Shown: positions 50,679-58,432 of the stretch, in pieces
Position numbering within the stretch: the stretch's first letter is position 1
Layout of the letters: the number at the start of each line of letters is the position of its first letter
DNA from: Kiritimatiellia bacterium
GTDB lineage: Bacteria > Verrucomicrobiota > Kiritimatiellia > RFP12 > UBA1067
Assembly (NCBI GenBank): GCA_017447805.1
Contig: JAFSMR010000039.1
Span: forward strand, 33,865 to 97,864
Length of the DNA: 64,000 bases
Reading direction: 5' to 3'
Made by a program: the position numbers and the translations under genes
Notes under the pieces: generated by a model
What the model saw: only the letters and a program-made list of their open reading frames with translations
Told to the model about the DNA's origin: nothing
Database searches by the model: none

Positions 50679-50917
50679 TAAGGGATAACTATCGCACCGC
50701 GTTCAGGGTAGGGCGCGTCGCCCCGCCGCCGCCGCTAGCCTTCGCATCGTGAGCGGCGTTAGCCGCGAATAATCCCAGGTGTTAAACAAAAACCTTCAAC
50801 GGCTCGCCGGGATTATGCCCTACCCCCAATCCATACAGGAAGCACTCGCCTACCGTCCTACACCCGTTCGCCGCCCGAATGGACGGCGACTCGCGTAATC
50901 GTTGATATGTTATAAAC

Positions 50918-51904
50918 TTACTCGATTAGCATGACAATCCCAACATCTTTCAATGCGTTGAAGTTTAATTGCGCTACTTTGTCACCGAGGAAGTATCTCA
51001 TGATGGAATCTGATATCAATTGTGTTGGTGCGAATGGAACAAGTACAGATGTCTTATCCGAAATCCCGTTCATTTCATGTCGCGTCGTAAACACATAGTA
51101 AACCTCGTCTCTCCCGCCTTTGTGGGGAATAGTGAAGTAGCCGAAAGTGAAATCGTCGTTAAGAATCCATTTCGCACTTGATGTGTCATCGGGTCTATTA
51201 CCGTGTTTCTGTTCGAAGTTTCGCATCATTTCCCTTACAATATCAATTTGTGCTGCATTCATCTTTGCGGAAGTACTGGCAAAGGAAAGTCCGTTCGTGC
51301 CATCCTCGCTCCAGCGTATCTCACCGTCTAGGAACTGTGCCAGTTTGCCCTTGATCGAGGTCTCAAATCGTTTGGCAAAGTCAAGATTAAGTCCTGTAGC
51401 GTTCGTGACGGACAACAAGGTGGGAAACGGACTCCAACTTGGATCCGTGAATCCAAGCCACTTGTCTATGTACGCTCTTCTCCCGCACTCCACGCGGAAA
51501 GCAAGCGGCTCGTTCGAAACTGGCAATGGCCGACCACCATTCGTTGTTATGGCATCAGCTGCATTTTCGATCAGGACTCTTTCATTGCCGTGATACGCCA
51601 GCCGAAGGATTGCCTTCATCATTTCCGAACCACGATGCCCGGCCCTGCACCACCATTTCATGGCTTCGGCCTTGTCCGCAACCGTGGCGCCCTTGTCGTA
51701 GTAGGCCCAGCCCATCATCTCTTGTGCCTCGACATTTCCCGCTTCGGCTGCCTTACGGTAGCGTTCTGCATCCTTTTTGGCAACCCCACGTTCTTTACCT
51801 GTACCTTTGGCATTATTTTCTTGCAGATTTTCGCTCTTGGCATAAGCACAAAAAGCAATCGCACTAGTAACTATTATAAAAACTGTGGTTTTATAGCGAT
51901 TCAT
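50918..51904 (-). CDS. Exported Sel1-repeat protein with an uncharacterised C-terminal domain (last gene of the RiPP-like operon)
   Basis: 328 aa with a signal peptide and a Sel1 repeat (AERYRKAAEAGNVEAQEMMGWAYYDKG...AMKWW). Strong SD (AAGGAGG) 18 nt after the ABC gene stop. Confidence 0.65.
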   Translation of the reverse strand: MNRYKTTVFIIVTSAIAFCAYAKSENLQENNAKGTGKERGVAKKDAERYRKAAEAGNVEAQEMMGWAYYDKGATVADKAEAMKWWCRAGHRGSEMMKAILRLAYHGNERVLIENAADAITTNGGRPLPVSNEPLAFRVECGRRAYIDKWLGFTDPSWSPFPTLLSVTNATGLNLDFAKRFETSIKGKLAQFLDGEIRWSEDGTNGLSFASTSAKMNAAQIDIVREMMRNFEQKHGNRPDDTSSAKWILNDDFTFGYFTIPHKGGRDEVYYVFTTRHEMNGISDKTSVLVPFAPTQLISDSIMRYFLGDKVAQLNFNALKDVGIVMLIE

Positions 51905-51922
51905 TGTAACCTCCTTTGTGGG

Positions 51923-53692
51923 TTAAGTAACTCCTGATTGTTCACGCGAAACGAGCGAAGCAAATAACCCCGGTTTTGTCGCAAGGTCGTTGTATGCTCC
52001 TTCTTGGGCAATATGCCCTGATTCCATGACAATGATACGATGCATATTGCGAACAGCAGACAAACGATGACTTATAAAGATTATGGTCTTATCCCGACAT
52101 TCTTCATCAAACATGCGCATTACCCTGTCTTGTGAAAGCTCATCCAAAGGCGCAGTTACTTCATCGAGCAGAACAACGTCTGGGTTCCCGACCAAAGCAC
52201 GAGCTAGTGCAATCTTTGATGCCTGCCCACCTGAAATCCCCTGACCATCCGCTCCGATTCCATAATCTAATGCCTTTAGGACATCCTCATCCTTCTGCAG
52301 CAAATCGTCAGTAAGCGCAACGGAATCCAGTATTCTTTTTAACTGCTTATCACCAAGACAAAGATTGCGTCCGACAAAAATGTTGTCACGAATTGTCCCT
52401 TGAAAAATGAACGGCTTTTGCGAGACATAGGCAACATGTCTGGTGTAATACTCAAAGTTTATTTCTTCAATGTTTTCCCCGCCTAAACAAATCGCACCGA
52501 ATGTTGGCGTAAGATGGCGTATGATCAATCGTAACAGAGTTGATTTACCGCACCCAGACGGGCCTACGATTGCGATATGCTCTCCCGGTTCCACGGAAAT
52601 GCTTATATGCTTAAGAATTGTTACTTTATCCGAAAGGGCGAATTGGACATCTTGTAAGGCCAATCTTGGTTTGATATTATTAGGCAATCGTCCTACGGTA
52701 TGACCATATGAATCGGGCAGTGCTTCAAGTTCCTTTAGCCGTAGAATCGCCTTCCTTGACTTTTGCCAACCAAGGACAATTTCTACGACCTGAACCATTG
52801 ACATATTAAATGCGCCGCATAAGGCGGAAAAGCCCATATAATCTGAAAAAGCGAATCCATTTCCTTCGTGAAATATGAGACACGCCGCTACTGAAAGAAC
52901 TGTGAACTGAGAAATCCCCCACACTAACCCACCAAGATTCCCGAAAAGAATGTGCAAGGTAAAGAGACGGATACGCATATCGCGGGATGGTGTGATTGTT
53001 TCAATTAGGCGTTTGATTGCAAATGGAAATGAATAAGAGGCCCTAATATCGGCCACACCACGCAATGTTTCTGTAGCGACAAGAAACTCTTTTTCCGATG
53101 CGTCTGCCTGTCGTTGGTCAATTGACATCACCTTTCTGTTTCCCAACAAAAATAGCAAATGAAGCGGTGTCATGCCGATAATGACGGAAGCCAGCAATGC
53201 ATTTCCTTGTTGATGGGCGAAATTGAAATTACTTTCTAAGAAATATGGAGAACCAAAATACATTAAGTAGACACTGATTATTAAGCCTAGTACTGCAAGT
53301 GGCGCATCCACCCAAAGAGAAAGATTGTATGTTGTCGCAGTTTCTGTATCACGAGATATGCGTCGAACGACTTTTTCTGGCTCATTCTGAAGTAGGAAGT
53401 CATTTCGAGTGAAAAGAATTTTTTTCATTAGCCTGATTGTCCAGTCGGATATTTGAATTACAGACAATTTCCCTCGAATGACAGAAGAAAACGTCCGCGC
53501 CACTACATTTCCAATGACAGCACACAAGAACAACAGCATAAGTTTAACAATATGAGATGCGCTATCTAGCTTACAATGCGCCAACACATCAGTTACGCTT
53601 TTAAGCGCCATTGGTTCAATGAATGACTGGCAGATCGGCAGAAACATTCCGATCAACCAGCAAATGACAAGCAGATTCAAGTATTTTCTCAT
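51923..53692 (-). CDS. ABC exporter (fused TMD-NBD) without a C39 peptidase domain
   Basis: 589 aa. Six-TM N-half, Walker A GPSGCGKST, signature ISGGQASK, Walker B VVLLDEVT. ATGA overlap with the upstream gene. Confidence 0.85.
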   Translation of the reverse strand: MRKYLNLLVICWLIGMFLPICQSFIEPMALKSVTDVLAHCKLDSASHIVKLMLLFLCAVIGNVVARTFSSVIRGKLSVIQISDWTIRLMKKILFTRNDFLLQNEPEKVVRRISRDTETATTYNLSLWVDAPLAVLGLIISVYLMYFGSPYFLESNFNFAHQQGNALLASVIIGMTPLHLLFLLGNRKVMSIDQRQADASEKEFLVATETLRGVADIRASYSFPFAIKRLIETITPSRDMRIRLFTLHILFGNLGGLVWGISQFTVLSVAACLIFHEGNGFAFSDYMGFSALCGAFNMSMVQVVEIVLGWQKSRKAILRLKELEALPDSYGHTVGRLPNNIKPRLALQDVQFALSDKVTILKHISISVEPGEHIAIVGPSGCGKSTLLRLIIRHLTPTFGAICLGGENIEEINFEYYTRHVAYVSQKPFIFQGTIRDNIFVGRNLCLGDKQLKRILDSVALTDDLLQKDEDVLKALDYGIGADGQGISGGQASKIALARALVGNPDVVLLDEVTAPLDELSQDRVMRMFDEECRDKTIIFISHRLSAVRNMHRIIVMESGHIAQEGAYNDLATKPGLFASLVSREQSGVT

Positions 53693-54279
53693 TTCGGCAA
53701 TGACTTTATTGATGGCCTATTCTCTGTTCTAACTTCAACCGTCAATAATTCTGAATGTCGTGGAAGAGAAAGCTCACTAACTTTGGTTGACAACCCTCGT
53801 CTTAACGCTTCCTTGGATGAGAAAACATGCCCTTTCTCTGTCATATAGTTTTGCCAACTATGTTTGGAAATTCCGGTTTTCCGTGCTAAGTATGAAATGA
53901 CATTCTTGTATTCCTGGCGTAACTTTCTATATTCAAGACCAAGTGCATCAAGAGAGTAATTCCCTGAGAGTTCGATGTTTACGGTGTGAGCAAGAAATTC
54001 TCCTTCGGGGATACATATTCTTTCAATACCTGCTGCGTATATTACAAGCGCGGCAGAGTCGCACCTCGCTGTATTGTATGTAATTAGCTTACAAGACAAA
54101 CCCTCTAGGATTTTAGCTATCCCCATTGCAACAGGAACAGAGCCACCCGGAGAATTAATGAGCAAATGCAATTCCTTTGTCGCATCAGGGACCTTGTCTA
54201 CTAGTGTATCAATCAGCGCTTGCGCCGTTATTGCCGTGACGGGCAAAGGGAAGTTGATGTATTTGCAAGCGTCACACAT
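53689..54279 (-). CDS. ClpP-fold (S14-like) serine protease, candidate leader peptidase
   Basis: 196 aa. LLINSPGGSV matches the ClpP INSPGG block. Ser (CDSAA) and His (LAHTV) align with the ClpP catalytic Ser/His by hand alignment. The Asp position is not conserved. Confidence 0.65.
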   Translation of the reverse strand: MCDACKYINFPLPVTAITAQALIDTLVDKVPDATKELHLLINSPGGSVPVAMGIAKILEGLSCKLITYNTARCDSAALVIYAAGIERICIPEGEFLAHTVNIELSGNYSLDALGLEYRKLRQEYKNVISYLARKTGISKHSWQNYMTEKGHVFSSKEALRRGLSTKVSELSLPRHSELLTVEVRTENRPSIKSLPK

Positions 54280-54297
54280 GGAATGGAACCTCGATCT

Positions 54298-55440
54298 TTA
54301 TAAATACTTTGCCTCTGGTATTGTTTTTAGAAGACGGATGGCATTTTTCGCATTTTGCACCATGTCTTCGTCTAGATGAAAATTCCTCGCCACCAACTTC
54401 TGCACATGCCTTAAGAATAATGTAGCGCACGCTCTCGCCTGAACTTTCTTCATCTTGCAGAATGTTGTGGCACTTGCCGAGATGCCAATATCATCATGTA
54501 TCTTCAGATTCATGGCCGGACATTGCTTACAAACAGCATATATTGGGCAGTTCTTACATCGTGGATCAACAGGAATTTGCTTTATTAATTTTCCATTGCG
54601 TCTAATCCAGTCGGACTTTTCCTTCCCTATTACACACGAAGAAAACAAATGGCAGTTGTATTGTGTGCCATCTGCATCATAAGATACGAGATTGTTATTA
54701 AATGTGCAAAATGGATAGTAATCAGGAGTCTCTTTGAAAAACAACCCGACATCAAATGGAAAAATCCCAGACAGTTTGCCTTCATGTAAATCATCAATGT
54801 ACATTTCCATCAATTCTTCCAATTGTTCTTCGAAGACTATAATATCACTATCTTCCCATTTGAATCCAATGCCTACATCGACAGAAATTGAAATCCTTTC
54901 TGCGACCATTTCCTTAATCGTTTTGGCAAAAAATGGCAATGTATTCCTGAAAAGTACGATTTTGACACGTTCTTTGGGCCAATTATTCGTGAAGAATCTA
55001 TAATCTATGGACTTGTCCGTTCTTGTCAGTTTCTGCGTCTCATTCAATCCGTCAAGGCTTAGTGCGACATGGATCCGTTGACGATTCGCAAGTAGCCATT
55101 CCTTTATTTCATCGGTGAGCAATGTCCCGTTTGTTCTAACGTCCAAACTATATGGCACCGGCATTTCTTCGCTCCAGAGCCACTCCGAAACCGACTTAAT
55201 CAACCTGAAATTCAAAAAAGGTTCGCCGCCGAGAAAAGATATGGCAAGGGCAGATGTCCTATTATCATTTGCAGTACTTTGAAATTCCATCTTCAGAATT
55301 TCGCGACAACATTCAATAGACATGAATGATGTCGTTTTAAAACTTTCATAGCAATATCTACAGTTTAGATTGCAGGCTTGTGTAACAAGCAAAACAACCT
55401 GTTTTGTCTTTGTGTTTCCCAAATCTGTTTTGTAATACAT
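54298..55440 (-). CDS. Radical SAM/SPASM peptide maturase (paralog 2)
   Basis: CNLNCRYCYE (Cx3Cx2C) near the N-terminus. SPASM cysteines Cx12Gx4C (CTFNNNLVSYDADGTQYNC) and CKNCPIYAVCKQC, plus a later FCK. ATG at 55440 preferred; the ORF track has a GTG at 55470 abutting a hairpin. Confidence 0.85.
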   Translation of the reverse strand: MYYKTDLGNTKTKQVVLLVTQACNLNCRYCYESFKTTSFMSIECCREILKMEFQSTANDNRTSALAISFLGGEPFLNFRLIKSVSEWLWSEEMPVPYSLDVRTNGTLLTDEIKEWLLANRQRIHVALSLDGLNETQKLTRTDKSIDYRFFTNNWPKERVKIVLFRNTLPFFAKTIKEMVAERISISVDVGIGFKWEDSDIIVFEEQLEELMEMYIDDLHEGKLSGIFPFDVGLFFKETPDYYPFCTFNNNLVSYDADGTQYNCHLFSSCVIGKEKSDWIRRNGKLIKQIPVDPRCKNCPIYAVCKQCPAMNLKIHDDIGISASATTFCKMKKVQARACATLFLRHVQKLVARNFHLDEDMVQNAKNAIRLLKTIPEAKYL

Positions 55441-55471
55441 ACTTTCAATCTCGCAATCCGACTTGTTCACA

Positions 55472-55516
55472 CAGTGCTATGACAGTGCGATCTTTGTTCG
55501 TCCTGCCATAGCACTG
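55472..55516 (-). promoter_or_regulatory. Intercistronic stem-loop between the precursor genes and maturase 2
   Basis: In minus-strand RNA: CAGUGCUAUGGCAG - 17 nt loop - CUGUCAUAGCACUG (14 bp with one G-U). No U-tract follows. Confidence 0.6.
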
Positions 55517-55562
55517 ACTTTTCATTGTTGCAAGTTCTGTTGCATTATGAACAAGTTTTTTC

Positions 55563-55748
55563 TTACCTTGCCCATGCGCTGCAGCTGCCTTGGCAACCAC
55601 CACTGCAACCATTCTTACAAGACATATAGCAACCACCATCGCAACCGAAGTTGGTCGCATCATGCTTTACGGCGATATCACCATGATGCTCAGAATAAGC
55701 ACCAAGCATGGCTTCAACGGCCTGTAGTTCATTTGCATTGATCTTCAT
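55563..55748 (-). CDS. CxxxC-repeat precursor peptide A (61 aa)
   Basis: MKINANELQAVEAMLGAYSEHHGDIAVKHDATNFG-CDGGCYMSCKNGCSGGCQGSC-SAWAR. SD AGGAGGTG lies 6 nt upstream of this ATG. Confidence 0.8.
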   Translation of the reverse strand: MKINANELQAVEAMLGAYSEHHGDIAVKHDATNFGCDGGCYMSCKNGCSGGCQGSCSAWAR

Positions 55749-55898
55749 ATTTGTCACCTCCTTTCCGACCTTGTTGGTCTAATTGTTTTTAGAATGGATA
55801 TGGATAATCGACAATTTCCATTTCTAGATTTTCGTAGCGACAAGCTCGACAAGCATTACTACAACTCATATTACAACTATCATTTCTTTTATTTGTAT

Positions 55899-56135
55899 TC
55901 AGGATTGGATTCTAGCTACCTTATTATCTCGCCAGATGTTATTACAGCTACCAGCGCAACCTCCACCGCAACGGCTCATGCAGAACATATAACAACTGCC
56001 AGCGCAAGCGCTGTAGCAACCACCATCGCAATTCAAGTTGGTAACATCATGCTTTATAGCGATATCACCCTGATACTCGCAATAAGAACCTAACATTTTT
56101 TCAACTACCAGCAGTTCGTTGATATGGATCTTCAT
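55899..56135 (-). CDS. CxxxC-repeat precursor peptide B (78 aa)
   Basis: MKIHINELLVVEKMLGSYCEYQGDIAIKHDVTNLN-CDGGCYSACAGSCYMFCMSRCGGGCAGSC-NNIWRDNKVARIQS. SD GAGGGA upstream. Confidence 0.8.
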   Translation of the reverse strand: MKIHINELLVVEKMLGSYCEYQGDIAIKHDVTNLNCDGGCYSACAGSCYMFCMSRCGGGCAGSCNNIWRDNKVARIQS

Positions 56136-56156
56136 CTTTGAATCCCTCATTTTAAC

Positions 56157-56363
56157 CTAACGGAACGCTCTAACACATGTTCCAGAACAGCTTCCCATAC
56201 AATGATTCTCAAAACAGCAAAATCGGCATGTATGAACACAACTCATATAGCATGCACCACCGCAGTTAGTCGCATCTTGTTCAATTCTTACATTCCCACT
56301 CTGTCTTTGGAAAGAGTTCAACAGGATTTCTAAGTACCTTAATTCTTGCTCATCTATTTTCAT
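56157..56363 (-). CDS. CxxxC-repeat precursor peptide C (68 aa)
   Basis: MKIDEQELRYLEILLNSFQRQSGNVRIEQDATN-CGGACYMSCVHTCRFCCFENHCMGSCSGTC-VRAFR. SD GGAGGA upstream. Confidence 0.8.
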   Translation of the reverse strand: MKIDEQELRYLEILLNSFQRQSGNVRIEQDATNCGGACYMSCVHTCRFCCFENHCMGSCSGTCVRAFR

Positions 56364-56388
56364 TTCTACTATCCTCCTCTTCTTGAAG

Positions 56389-57591
56389 TCAAACGAAAAA
56401 AGGCGATGTTACCTTAAACGGATCAAGTTTATTTAAGACCTTGTATGCTTCAATTGCTCCTTTAGCATGTATCGCATCTGTTTCATCTAATACTTCTCGT
56501 CTCTGTGCAAGCATCTTGATTTGAAATTCGCAAGCAACAAATTTTTCTGCAAAAACCATCTTGCACCAGTTATGGTCGCGCCTCGCAACATTGCCACGAT
56601 AGCGATAGTTAAAACCGGCACATGTAGGACATACTCTTTTCAATATACACTCTCTACAATATGGATCCTCTGTTGCCTCTGCGCAACTCCATTCAAATTT
56701 TTCGAGTTCCTTTGCTTGGTCTCCTAAGACAATGGGCGCAAAAAGGTGGCAACCATACGCTTTCCCATCAACATCATATGTGACCATGTGTGTTCCTGTT
56801 CCACACCATTTTTCTTGTTTCAAATCTCGTATATTATTTGATGCTTTAATATTGAGCGCCCGTGATAGCAAGTTTATCGGTCTCAATTCAGGCTCATTCA
56901 AATAGGTCTCGCTCAGAGCATGCAGCTGATTAAGATAGGCTTCTGAATCATCGTTATCCCAATCAACACCTTGTGCAAGTGCCGCTTCCAAGGGATACCC
57001 TTTGCGTTGCAACTCCAAAATTCCTTCGGCGAGATGAGGCAATGTTTCCTGGGATATGGTCATGTGGAAACCTTGGTTCGGCCATGTATCATGAAAGAAG
57101 TCCATATCAATAGAACCTTTGTCGGTATCCCTGTTCTTTTTCTGCATTTCGGGCGTGCCATCATATGAAGCACCTACTGAAATGAGATGTTTGTGTTTAC
57201 GAAACCAATTCTTTCTTTCCTCGTCGAAAAGAGTCCCGTTGGTTGTAATGAAAAATATCCATGGCACAGGGAGCGGCTTCCCCTCGGTCCATTCAACAAG
57301 ACGCTTAATGAGATCGAAATTCATCATGGGTTCTCCTCCCATGAGATCAATCTCAAGTTCGTGGAACAGAGGGCTTGTCTGAACGACATGACATTCTTTT
57401 AAAATCAATTCTTTGGCAAGGTCAAATGACATAGTCTTGTTAGACTTATGTTTTTCGTAACAGTAAGTACAATTCAAGTTACATGCATGGGTAATCATAA
57501 GCATGCAAGTTCTTCGTCCAGTATATGGCGGGCGTTCCCAAATTTGAGTTGACATCTTAGGATTTCCCTCTTGACAATCATCTTTATTCAT
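56389..57591 (-). CDS. Radical SAM/SPASM peptide maturase (paralog 1)
   Basis: CNLNCTYCYE. SPASM cysteines Cx12Gx4C (CGTGTHMVTYDVDGKAYGC) and CRECILKRVCPTC, plus WCK. ATG at 57591 with AGGAAAG upstream preferred; the ORF track has a TTG at 57630. Confidence 0.85.
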   Translation of the reverse strand: MNKDDCQEGNPKMSTQIWERPPYTGRRTCMLMITHACNLNCTYCYEKHKSNKTMSFDLAKELILKECHVVQTSPLFHELEIDLMGGEPMMNFDLIKRLVEWTEGKPLPVPWIFFITTNGTLFDEERKNWFRKHKHLISVGASYDGTPEMQKKNRDTDKGSIDMDFFHDTWPNQGFHMTISQETLPHLAEGILELQRKGYPLEAALAQGVDWDNDDSEAYLNQLHALSETYLNEPELRPINLLSRALNIKASNNIRDLKQEKWCGTGTHMVTYDVDGKAYGCHLFAPIVLGDQAKELEKFEWSCAEATEDPYCRECILKRVCPTCAGFNYRYRGNVARRDHNWCKMVFAEKFVACEFQIKMLAQRREVLDETDAIHAKGAIEAYKVLNKLDPFKVTSPFFV

Positions 57592-57607
57592 AGTTATCTT
57601 TCCTAGC

Positions 57608-57796
57608 TTATTCGTATGGATTTTTACCAATCAATTCACTTTCGTTTTGTTGTGAAAAAATTCCGGCGCGGCAGGCTTTATGCACCGCGTTAATGACATA
57701 TATTATGCAGAAAACTGCTACGCCAAGCACTATCGCAAGAGTAGCGAACCATTTTAAACATGACAGAACTTTACGAAGCGGTTTCACGTTTTTCAA
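57608..57796 (-). CDS. Small single-pass membrane protein (hypothetical)
   Basis: 62-aa ORF with one TM helix (WFATLAIVLGVAVFCIIYVI). Non-ATG (TTG) start overlapping the upstream stop. Confidence 0.35.
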   Translation of the reverse strand: MKNVKPLRKVLSCLKWFATLAIVLGVAVFCIIYVINAVHKACRAGIFSQQNESELIGKNPYE

Positions 57797-58419
57797 TTTA
57801 AATCACCAAATTCTGAGTATTCTTGTTCTGCATCATCCGCAATCTTCGCTACTGTTCGTATAGCTTCTGCCAAATCTTTGCTTCTTTCTGCGTCGGCTGC
57901 GGAGAAAACAAACACAAGGGCGTTACGCTCAACTTTCTCTCTCTTCACCTCAACAGTTACTTCCTTTTGCAACCACTCTCCCTCGACCATGCAATTTCTG
58001 TTCAATGTCTTTATCCAACCATTAGGGATTGTATAGTTCTCCTCTGGAACAATGTAGGCTATTGATTCAAGCCTCCTATTGGGCCAAACATACACAAATT
58101 GCCGGCGATTTCCAACTGACACCTTCACTTTATATGATCCGTCTTTTTGCGGTTCATACTTAAGTCGTTCTGCAGCAAGAGCGGTGCGAACACCCAATTT
58201 TGACGATGCTTTTTGCGCAGTGGTTCCAACCATGCGAGTTTGATCACAATCTGCTCGTGAAGATCGTCCAGGCGAAAAATTGGTTTGGGTTGCCTGTTGC
58301 GACCTTTGCGGCCTTCTAGCATCTATACTGGTTTTATATCCTGAATTGCCTTGGGCTATATTTGCTTTAGCATAAGCCGATCCAAGCGCACAAACAAAAC
58401 ATGTAAGCAATAGTTTCAT
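57793..58419 (-). CDS. Hypothetical exported protein
   Basis: 208 aa with signal peptide MKLLLTCFVCALGSAYA, a disordered S/T/Q/R-rich region, then a compact C-terminal domain with an acidic tail. SD GAGG upstream. Confidence 0.6.
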   Translation of the reverse strand: MKLLLTCFVCALGSAYAKANIAQGNSGYKTSIDARRPQRSQQATQTNFSPGRSSRADCDQTRMVGTTAQKASSKLGVRTALAAERLKYEPQKDGSYKVKVSVGNRRQFVYVWPNRRLESIAYIVPEENYTIPNGWIKTLNRNCMVEGEWLQKEVTVEVKREKVERNALVFVFSAADAERSKDLAEAIRTVAKIADDAEQEYSEFGDLN

Positions 58420-58432
58420 GGTGCTACCTCGA

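Noticed and set aside
55794-56093. 99-aa plus-strand ORF antisense to precursor B
   Set aside because: It is low-complexity (A/T/S-rich), as expected from the reverse complement of Cys/Gly codon repeats. The minus-strand peptide genes have strong SD sites and a shared leader.
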